64,000 nt of DNA from Tricharina praecox (taxonomy: Eukaryota), in contig NW_026250415.1 of NCBI RefSeq assembly GCF_024521635.1, positions 310,001 to 374,000 of the forward strand, in the 5' to 3' direction. The notes under the pieces are model-generated. The model was not told the DNA's origin and made no database searches. It was given only the letters and a program-made list of their open reading frames with translations. Of the stretch, positions 25,029-35,150 are shown piece after piece; position 1 is the first letter of the stretch, and every line of letters starts with the position of its first letter. The position numbers were made by a program, and so were the translations under genes.

Positions 25029-26324
25029 ATGTCCGAAACCATCACACAGAAGCCCAACATCCCCTGGGAGGTGGGAGTCCATGATGCCCAGTACGTTACC
25101 AAAAAAATAAAAATCACCACTCTTCATGCCGGCCCCTTCGTTTTTTTTTAGAGACTGACAGCAACACACAGCTGTCATCCGACCGACACCATGGCCACCA
25201 TCTCGACCATCCCCGAGATGAAGGCGGCGACGCTGGCAATCATGGGAACGCGCCTCGAAGACCAAGACCTCGTCGCGCAGGTTGCACGTTCCCACCCCTC
25301 GAAGGTTATCCCAAGCTTCGGGTATCACCCATGGTTCTCGCACTTCATCCAGGACGACCGCGACCTCGACCGCGACGGCCCCTCCGAAGAGAAGGAGAAG
25401 GAGGATGAGGAGGAGAAAGAGAAAACCCTGAAGCTACGGCATTATACGGCAGTCCTGACTCCACCCCCAGACGCCGACTTCATCCTGCAGCTCCCATGTC
25501 CTCGCCCGCTCTCAGCAGTGCTGCAAGAGCTGCGGCAGCACCTCGTGGAATTCCCGCACGCGCTGATCGGCGAGATCGGCCTGGATCGGGGCTTCCGTCT
25601 ACCGCATCCCACGGTAACAGAGGGACCCGCCGGCTCGACGCCCGGCCACCGCGACGGCCGCGGACTGACACAGCACCGCGTGGCCATCTCGCACCAGAAA
25701 ACTATCTTCCTGGCGCAGCTGGCACTCGCGGGGGAGCTCAAGCGGGCAGTCAGCGTGCACGGCGTGCAGTGCCACGGGATCCTCTTCGATTCCTTCCGCG
25801 AGGCGTGGGCGGGCCACGAGATCCCGCGCGAACGGCCCAAGGACCGGAAGCGGCGGAGACGCAAGACCGCCGCGGGCGATCACGAGTACCTTCCCGACTT
25901 GGCGGGGTCGGACGTAGAGTCGGATGAGGACGAGGGGGGAGAGGAGCGTGACGAAAAGCCAAAGCCGTTTCCGCCAAGGATATGTCTGCACTCGTTTTCG
26001 GCGCCGCTGGAAACACTGAAGCAGTACTTGGCGCCGCCGACGCCGACGAAATTATACCCTTCCCAGCTGTTCTTTTCGTTCTCGAGCACGATCAATGCCC
26101 GCCCCGAGAAGGGCCATCTGAGCAAAATCGAGGACACCATCAGGACTGTCCCGGACGAGAATGTGCTAATCGAGAGTGATTTGCATACGGCGGGTGGGGA
26201 TATGGATGATGCGCTGGAAGGCGCTCTACGCTTAATCGTGCAGCAGAAGGGCTGGGATATGGAGCATGGGGTCAGACAGCTGGATAGAAATTGGCGCCAG
26301 TTTGTTTATGGAGATGCAGAGTGA
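25029..26324 (+). CDS. TatD-family metallo-hydrolase, Scn1-like (2 exons)
   Basis: DAH|CHPTD across the intron; VIPSFGYHPWF; IGEIGLD; VSVHGV; ICLHSFS; LIESD. Confidence 0.88.
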
Positions 26325-26420
26325 TGTACATTAGCAATTAATCACCCTCATACGGCCATTCTCATCGTATCATGCCCGTGAATTATGAATCGGAGTGGCG
26401 GTGTAGTCATATGTAGAGTC

Positions 26421-26470
26421 GAGCCACAGAGCCACAGAGCCACAGAGCCACAGAGCCAGAGCCACAGAGC
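26421..26470. repeat. 8-bp tandem repeat (GAGCCACA)n
   Basis: Read directly from the sequence; one unit is shortened. Confidence 0.9.
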
Positions 26471-27136
26471 CCGTGCACTTGCCACTCAACTACTTCCATA
26501 AGCCACGCATCTATGCCACAGTAGCACACGTATACACGATTCCACCTACAATATTAAACCTCCAATGCCCTACCACACACATCCAGTACTTGAAGTAGCT
26601 ATACCTAGCAAACAACTGGCCCATCGATTTTCCCACCGAGTTCTTCGATTTTCCCATCTATTATATTATAGTAGACTACGTATTTCCAACATTGCATCAC
26701 ATACTTTTCTACAAAAAAAAACACCGCGCAATCGAATCCGTCTCCCAAGTCCCAACTTCCAACCCTAAATGCTATCCCATCCACCAAAGTATGTGGTGCC
26801 TAGTTCCGCCTGGATCCCAATCCCCTACGTAGCCCGGGAGACGCATCAGTATTGCGATAAACAATTGCGTCGGCCAGAGCTCCAAACCCTCACCCCTCGA
26901 GTCGAGAGTCAAGAGTGATGCATGCATCGAGTACGTGGATACTGGATACTGGACACTGGACGCGAGTACATCCAGACGGGCTACGCGGTTTATGCTTAAT
27001 CGATTCCAACTTAATCTCTTGTGTCTTGATTGCGTCGCCGAGTCCACGACTCCTTGGATCGTCATACACAAGTTTAATCTTCTTCCTCGAGGCCACATTG
27101 CTTCCACCCTCTCTCTATATATACAGAGTCTGGAGT

Positions 27137-28387
27137 CTAGAAGTCAACCTTCACGCTGACCAGCTCCTCCGCCAGTGTCCAGAGCTTCGCCGCCGCATCT
27201 GTATCCGTAAGGTGTTCCTTCATGCTCTCCCTGGGGACCACAGTGGCATCCTTCATATACGCACCGGACTCGTCTGTTCATCACCACCACCATGCATGTC
27301 AGTCACCACCCATCACCTCCCGCAGCCCATATGATGCAGGTAAGTACACACCTTCCAAAGTCGGGTCCAAAGCCGCCCTCACAGACGTAGCTGATCCTGC
27401 CGCCAGCGATTTCACCACCTCGATTGGCGGGACACCTATTCGCACCGGATCAGATGAGCTCTATGTGAATGGGGGAGTGTGTATTAGGTATGTACCTCCG
27501 TTCCTCTCGGTCCCTAGCTTCCACGCCTCCGCGAACGACTCGGCACTAACGTCGTCTGCTAGGCCGGTGGTGTTTATGACTGTTGATGTGTCAGTTAACT
27601 AGGCAACCGCTACGTATGGCTGGGAACGTACGGCCAGGGTGGGCGGAGAAGGACAGCACTCCGCGGGCCTTCGCCTTCTCCGCGAGAGAACTGGTGAAGA
27701 GGATGTTTGCCGCCTTGGACTGGCAGTATGCGAGCCAGGGGTGGTAAGTTTCCCCGTCCTTTCACGGTCAGCGCATGCACCAGCAGATTAGAAGTCGTAG
27801 CTACGTACGGAAAAGTTCCAGTCGTCCTCCCGGAAGCCTTCCATATTCGCCGCGGCGGAGGTAACATTAACGACCCTGCTGCCCCTCTCCAGCTTCCCCT
27901 GCTGCAGCAGGAGATTCGCGAGCAAAAAATGCGCGAGGAAGTTCACGCCAAACTGCGCCTCGAAGCCATCAAAGGTCTTCGTGTACGTCTTCAGCGCCAT
28001 CACTCCCGCGTTATTGACCAGGACATCGACGCCGGTCGGGATCTGCTCCGCGGCCGCGCGCACCGAGGCGAGGTCCGCCAGGTCGACCTGCACGAACTTC
28101 GTCTGCACGGACGGCGCCAGCGCAGCGATCGCGGCGAGAACCGGCGATACCTTGGATTCGCTGCGGCCAAGCAGGATGATCCGCGCGGGGTTGTGCGCGG
28201 CAAAGTCGAGCGCGGTTTGTGCGCCGATACTGCCGTTCGAGGGGCCGGTTATCACGACTGTGTGTCGGTAAGTGCATGAACTGAAAAGAGACGGAGGAGG
28301 AAGAAGGGACTGACAGGTCTTCCCCGTGATCTGCGAGGCGAAGAGATCGGCAATCTCGCTGCCGGTGGTGGTGTTGGTGTAAGACAT
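27137..28387 (-). CDS. Short-chain dehydrogenase/reductase (retinol dehydrogenase/WWOX-like subgroup), multi-exon
   Basis: VITGPSNGSIG Rossmann motif; VDLADL; DVLVNNAG; FGVNFLAHFLL; VVNVTS; YxxxK as AYCQSK; VHPG; C-terminal KNTLRIQMRRRS region read in frame as AAKLWTLAEELV. Confidence 0.88.
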
Positions 28388-29206
28388 GGCAGTGGTGGGA
28401 TGGTTTGTGATTGAGGTAGCTACTATGGGAGTACTGGTGCTGATGTTTGCTGTGATGAATTCCGAATTTCTAATATTCGTCCTCAGGCCGCCGCGGAATA
28501 TATAACGACAATCACGCCCCAAGACCGGGCCATTCTAGCCCGCCGTGGCGGCATCTTGCAAGTTCCCCGGCTAGAGCATCAGCCGAACCGCTTAAATCCG
28601 CAACCTCCGGGCCGTGCGTGCGTCTGACGGCAGATACATACTTACTCAGACGCAGTCAATCCCCGATGTCTTGTTTCCGGGCACTCGGTATTCCGATCCT
28701 TCGTTGGTGAGCCGGTACTCCGAAGCCCCGAACGTGTATCATGATTCATAAATGATTTTTCGGGATGAAATCACGCCGGCTGGTTACTCGCACACGATGT
28801 CACTCGCCTGCTGATTTATGCAGTGCAGGCTCACAGCCCGAAAAGCTCATGGGCTGGGCTCGGGATGATAGGCTAATGTGACAGGTAGCCCGGGCTGGAG
28901 TCGATGGGCCGGCAGCCTAGCCCGGGATATCAAACGGCGTTGGGCGGGCTGGATCCTATAGTTTTTAGGGCAACCCTGTGACAACAAAACGAAGGACAGA
29001 AGAAAGAGTAGAGAATGTAGATCGGAAACAGGCCCACGCCGGTAGCACCCTCAAGAAAGACAGAAGAAAACAGAAGAAAAAAAACAGTACATAAAAGGTA
29101 AAGCTACTAAGAAAACAGGCCCACAGTGACGGAAGCACGCCATGCCGCAAACATTCACAAGTCTCAACGATCTCCGGCTTCAATATTTGGTGCGAGATTG
29201 GCGCTC

Positions 29207-32200
29207 TCAGTTGTGTCTGATATCTCGTTGGGGGTGATGTGGGAGGTGATTCTGTTGCGGTTGTTGTTGGGACACAGGAGGTGGCCGTGCTGGATCACCC
29301 TCGAGGATACTGGCAGTGGAAAGAATCATTGGAACCCACTCGCTACGGCCCACCAGCCCGGGCTGGGCTACAATCGCCGGGCTGCTGGCTGTCTTTGATT
29401 GGGCTGGGCTATTGTCTGCACTGGCTGAGACTTCCGGTTGATTGCGCTCTACAGCGTCTGTGGCCTCTAGAGCAAGGAGCAGCCATGGAAAGCGCTCGTA
29501 CCTTTCCCGAATCGCCAGCTGTCGCGCCGTCCTACCGTCTCGATCTTTGGCCGCGACGTCTGCACCGCGGTCGAGAAGTAGCTGCAGTGTAGCCGTGTGC
29601 CCATTCTCAGCCGCCAGGTGAAGCGGCGTCCAGCCGAAGTTATCCTTGGCCTCGATGTCTGCACCGCGGTCGAGAAGTAGCTGCAGTGTAGCCGTGTGCC
29701 CATTCTCAGCCGCCAGGTGAAGCAGCGTCCGGTCGGAGTTAACCTTGGCCTCGATGTCTGCACCGCGGTCGAGAAGTAGCTGCAGTGTAGCCGTGTGCCC
29801 ATTCTCAGCCGCCAGGTGAAGCGGCGTCCAGCCGAAGTAATCCTTGGCCTCGATGTCTGCACCGCGGTCGAGAAGTAGCTGCAGTGTAGCCGTGTGCCCA
29901 TTCTCAGCCGCCAGGTGAAGCGGCGTATGGCCGGAGTTAACCTTGGCCTCGATGTCTGCACCGCGGTCGAGCAGTAGCTGTAGTGTAGCCGTGTGCCCAT
30001 TCTCAGCCGCCTTGTGAAGCGGCGTCCAGTCGGTGTTATCCTTGGCCTCGATGTCTGCACCGCGGTCGAGCAGTAGCTGCAGTGTAGCCGTGTGCCCATT
30101 CTCAGCCGCCTTGTGAAGCGGCGTCCAGCCGAAGCAATTCTTGGCGTCGATGTCTGCACCGCGGTCGAGCAGTAGCTGCAGTGTAGCCGTGTGCCCACAC
30201 TCAGCCGCCTTGTGAAGCGGCGTCCAGCCGAAGCAATTCTTGGCCTCGATGTCTGCACCGCGGTCGAGAAGTAGCTGCAGGATATCCGTGTGCCCATTCT
30301 CAGCCGCCTTGTGAAGCGGCGTCCGGTCGGTGTTATCCTTGGCCTCGATGTCTGCACCGCGGTCGAGAAGTAGCTGCAGTGTAGCCGTGTGCCCATTCTC
30401 AGCCGCCTTGTGAAGCGGCGTCCGGTCGGTGTTATCCTTGGCCTCGATGTCTGCACCGCGGTCGAGCAGTAGCTGCAGTGTAGCCGTGTGCCCATTCTCA
30501 GCCGCCTTGTGAAGCGGCGTCCAGCCGAAGCAATTCTTGGCGTCGATGTCTGCACCGCGGTCGAGCAGTAGCTGCAGTGTAGCCGTGTGCCCACACTCAG
30601 CCGCCTTGTGAAGCGGCGTCCAGCCGAAGCAATTCTTGGCCTCGATGTCTGCACCGCGGTCGAGAAGTAGCTGCAGGATATCCGTGTGCCCATTCTCAGC
30701 CGCCTTGTGAAGCGGCGTCCGGTCGGTGTTATCCTTGGCCTCGATGTCTGCACCGCGGTCGAGAAGTAGCTGCAGTGTAGCCGTGTGCCCATTCTCAGCC
30801 GCCTTGTGAAGCGGCGTCCGGTCGGTGTTATCCTTGGCCTCGATGTCTGCACCGCGGTCGAGCAGTAGCTGCAGTGTAGCCGTGTGCCCATTCTCAGCCG
30901 CCTTGTGAAGCGGCGTCCAGCCGAAGCAATTCTTGGCGTCGATGTCTGCACCGCGGTCGAGAAGTAGCTGCAGGATATCCGTGTGCCCATTCTCAGCCGC
31001 CTTGTGAAGCGGCGTCCGGTCGGTGTTATCCTTGGCCTCGATGTCTGCACCGCGGTCGAGAAGTAGCTGCAGTGTAGCCGTGTGCCCATTCTCAGCCGCC
31101 TTGTGAAGCGGCGTCCAGTCGGTGTTATCCTTGGCCTCGATGTCTGCACCGCGGTCGAGAAGTAGCTGCAGTGTAGCCGTGTGCCCATTCTCAGCCGCCT
31201 TGTGAAGCGGCGTCCAGCCGAAGCAATTCTTGGCGTCGATGTCTGCACCGCGGTCGAGAAGTAGCTGCAGGATATCCGTGTGCCCATTCTCAGCCGCCTT
31301 GTGAAGCGGCGTCCGGTCGGTGTTATCCTTGGCCTCGATGTCTGCACCGCGGTCGAGAAGTAGCTGCAGTGTAGCCGTGTGCCCATTCTCAGCCGCCAGG
31401 TGAAGCGGCGTCCAGCCGAAGTAATTCTTGGCCTCGATGTCTGCACCGCGGTCGAGAAGTAGCTGCAGGATATCCGTGTGCCCATTCTCAGCCGCCTTGT
31501 GAAGCGGCGTCCGGTCGGTGTTATCCTTGGCCTCGATGTCTGCACCGCGGTCGAGCAGTAGCTGCAGTGTAGCCGTGTGCCCATTCTCAGCCGCCCAGTG
31601 AAGCGGCGTCCAGTCGGTGTTATCCTTGGCCTCGATGTCTGCACCGCGGTCGAGAAGTAGCTGCAGTGTAGCCGTGTGCCCATTCTCAGCCGCCCAGTGA
31701 AGCGGCGTCCAGTCGGTGTTATCCTTGGCCTCGATGTCTGCACCGCGGTCGAGAAGTAGCTGCAGTGTAGCCGTGTGCCTGTTCACGGTTGCCAGGTGAA
31801 GCGGCGTATGGCCGGAGTTATCCTTGGCCTCGATGTCTGCACTGAGGTCGAGCAGTAGCTGCACTGTATCTCTCTGGTCGGAGATAGCTGCGCAGTGCAA
31901 CGCCGTATATCCTCTCTGGTTCCGGGACTCCTTATCGATTCCTAACTTTTCTACAAGCATTTTGACCGTGATGTTATCTCCCTTGCGAGCTGCGTTGTAC
32001 AACATGGCGGCCCGCTTCATCTCAGGGGTCAGGCGATGCCGAACCGTGGTAGTCATCTTGCTGCTGCTCTGCTGTAACCGTTGGAGTCCTTCCCCGGTGA
32101 TACTGAGCAGTTGCGCCAGGTTATCGCGGGATTTCCGCTGCTCGTACATATCGCCGTTATTCAGCTCGAGAGGGTAGATGGGCAGAAAGATGACGGATAT

Positions 32201-33090
32201 ATTCGATATCTGGTCTAGGCTCACACCGGTGAGCTGAGACCAGTTGGATTCCGCGGTGCCGATGGTCTTGAAGGAGTTCGATGAAGAGTTCCTGGCTGCG
32301 TTCCTGTACAGCCGAGTCTCTCCCAGAATCCTGCGAAAGGATCGGACAGATGCACTGGAGAAGACCGAAGCTCTGGAGCGGACTGAGGACGCGGCAACGA
32401 CGCCCACAAAGGAAGTGGCTGCTGACATGCGCTCCGATAGGTCTGGATTCGTCTGCAGGACTGTCGCCATGAGCTGCTTCATTTCAGCCATGTCGTTTTG
32501 CAGTTGCTGCGTTGATGAGCTGAGCTTCGTCAGCAACTATCCGTACACACGCGGTGGTCGGGTGCGAAGGAGATCATCCATTCTTCGGGGGAGCTGGGTG
32601 GAGCCCTGGGAACCTATCGATACACATATATCGATCGAGAAGAACTCTGAACTAACCATGTATAAACCGACAGCAACAGACTCAGCGAAGTCTTATGCAT
32701 CTGTAGGTTCCGTAGTATCTTAGCGATATCCTGGTCTTTGGCTGCCCACTTGACGCGGTCCCAGGCCCCCAACTGATGTTTGGTGCCGTAGGCGTAGTCC
32801 GTCTTGACGCCTTTGAGCTCCCCATCCAGCTCCGAGAAGGTACACACGCAGCCCGTCAGGATGACTACCAGGTCGTCGATTGCAATTCTGGATTTGCGAG
32901 TCATGCTCTGCTGGGCGAAATTGACGATGAAGTCGTCTAACTGGCGAAATATCCCGTGCAGCGCTTGGACTTCTGCGAGAACGTTGCGGACAGTGCTGGG
33001 GGCGTCGATGGCGGTGGAAAGAAAGCCGATGACCTTGGCTCCGGCTTGCAATAACCCTGCTACCGATGCGGCAACCGAAAGAGGGTCCAT
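29207..33090 (-). CDS. NLR-like protein: N-terminal HeLo-like (fungal STAND N-terminal) domain, linker and about 26 ankyrin repeats, no NTPase domain; 1248 aa; exons 33090-32657 and 32519-29207
   Basis: Exon 1 MDPLSVAASVAGLLQAGAKVIGFL...DAP...L..EV..L...WDRVKWA..L..HK.SL.LLL is typical of HeLo-like/SesA-type N-termini. Intron 32656-32520 (GTTAGT...GCTGAC...CAG) joins in frame (TG+C = Cys) to the 1109-aa ORF carrying TPLH-AA-NGH-LLLDRGAD repeats. Confidence 0.88.
29537..31813 (-). repeat. 23 near-identical 99-bp ankyrin-coding tandem repeats
   Basis: Counted from the translation; 23 x 99 = 2277 bp matches the span exactly. Confidence 0.97.
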
Positions 33091-33755
33091 CGTGGAAGTG
33101 GTGGTTGTCGGTTGACGCTCGTGGTCCGGTAGGCAGAGAGTGTTCGTCTGGCGATCGCGGGGTCCGTGATGTGCGACTTGTAATGTGGAGTAAGCGCACA
33201 TCATGCATGGTGTCGGCTGGCACCTATCAAATCTTGCACGTTCCACGGATTCCACCAGTAATGTAGAGAGGACGTAGCTACATAGCTACTATAATGAACT
33301 GCATATATAGAAGGGCACCGGCCCGGAGTAGAAGAAGTACGAAGTAACAAAAACAGCTATATGATTTATGGAGACCAATGATTAATCCGAGCGACAGTGG
33401 GGGCCGCCGTGGACGGCGCAGCCAGTGAAGAGTTGGAGTGGGAGTTGAGGGAGCGGGAAGAGAGACGGGCGGAGAGGAGGCGGGAGGGAGGACGGCCCTG
33501 AGGTTGAGGAACTGGTGTCACTGCCGCTGTTACTACGCACTCCCCACTCCCTTCTTCATAGCATCTTATCTTGAAGCGGCAGGGCGAGGCGGAGTGAGAA
33601 GCGGGCCTTCTTTAGTGCGCTCTGATGGTAGGAGTTCAAGCACGGCACCCGAGTGCTTCCTAGCTAGAGCTTGCGATTCCGGGCCGCCGTCCTTACTGGT
33701 TCGTAGGCGCTGCCACCCGAGCAGTTCCCGCTCTCATGATAGGGGGGTGGTTTGG

Positions 33756-35150
33756 TATTCCTCATGGATGACGGAGGGTCGGATTGTGGCCATAGGTATG
33801 GGTACATAACTCCTCATCATACGCAGTGTCTTGCGAGTCCTGGAGGTAGCGGGCAGCATTCTTCGTCCCCAAAGACTTCGGACGCAAACCCGAGCGCCTA
33901 CCAGAGGAGCACCGGACTCGTCATCGCGGCGCCGCCGCGCTACGCTGCAAGGCCACGCCTCCATGTCTACTGCGAAAGGTTTTGGCACATCATCCATGGC
34001 TTGCGACAGTTTTCTGATGGAATGAGCTGCCACGGAAGTTGAACGTGGTTCCGTTGTCGCCCACGCAATGAGGCTTGCAAGAAAACGCTCTCTGGACTCA
34101 CCTACCTACCGCGGCAAGCATTCCGAACACACGTATTCCTCCGCTTCCTACAGCAGAGACAGCAGAGACAGCAGTTATTCGAAACGCCATATGTGGGGCT
34201 GGGCACGACAATCGGAACTGCTGACGGAGAACCCGTGGAGCACATACGTAAAATGACTGTGATAGCCTAGTAGATGTCGCCAGGTGGTGTTGGGAAAGTA
34301 ACGCGGGGAGTGCTGTTGTCGAGATCGAGGCTTCTCGGGGGCTGTTTGGTGAAAAGGCTTTATGTGCATGGATTGCGTGGTGCCTCGGCGAGACGAACGA
34401 GCGGTAGGCCCAGTGCGTGCCAATGTACAGCACATGCTCTCGCTCATATGTGCTCCCAATGCAAGCCTTGTGCGCGAGTTGTGACCTCTTTCGAACCACG
34501 AAGACGGATACGCATATGATGTCACTCGCTGCTTGGCCCGCGGACTCTGGTAGATACGTATTCCTCATGGAGGGTGCGAAATAAAACGGGAAGGTCTCTC
34601 TCTCTCCTCATGGAGGGTTGGATAATGGCTATGTATGGGTAAATATCTCCTCCTCACCATACGCAGTGTCTCCCGAGTCCTAGAGCCTGGAGGCAACGGA
34701 CGCGGCAAGTATTCCGAAAACGCATATTCTTCCGCTTTCTACAACAGAGACAACAGAGACAACTGTTTTTTCGAAGTTGTCAAGATTGAGGCTGCTCGGG
34801 GGCTGCTCGGCGAAAAGGCTTTACATGAACAACATGGGTGTTTGAGTGATCGTAATCTACCTACAGGTTACCTTGGTATATCTAGATATACTGGAGGGGG
34901 CTTCGTCGGGGGGGAGGGACGGGCGGTAGGCCCAGTGTGTGTGTGTTGATGCGCAGCACAGACACTCACTCATATGTGCTCCCGATTCAAGCCTCGTGCG
35001 TGAGTCCTGACTGGGAGTCGAGTCCTCCCTTCCATGAAGACGGATATGCATGCTCTATCACTCGCTATTTAGCCGCAGACTCTGGTGGATGGAGACCCGT
35101 CCGCCTGTTTGCGTGGCTAGAATTTGGCCGCGCGCCGCGTTTGTGGTAGG
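33756..35150 (+). pseudogene. Two decayed tandem paralogous copies of an unknown coding sequence (copy 1 about 33756-34558; copy 2 about 34606-35150, with deletions)
   Basis: Four collinear homologous blocks. Many differences are synonymous in one frame (e.g. VVEIEASRGLFGEKAL vs VVKIEAARGLLGEKAL), but both copies carry stops or frameshifts. Confidence 0.65.

Noticed and set aside
29467-31743. 758-aa alternative-frame ORF overlapping the ankyrin array
   Set aside because: One stop-free 99-bp unit repeated 23 times gives a long ORF automatically. The Arg/Thr-rich product has no recognisable fold.
29537-31813. CRISPR-like repeat/spacer appearance
   Set aside because: The variable parts are a few codons reused between units rather than unique spacers. 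The array is in-frame ankyrin coding sequence in a eukaryote with no cas genes.
32520-32656. Possible hidden microexon or recursive AG|GT site in the NLR-like gene intron (codon-sized exons are known in Tuber NACHT-ANK genes)
   Set aside because: An internal TAG|GT and a small ATCGATA hairpin exist, but there is no branch site before that AG. The single-intron model already restores the frame.
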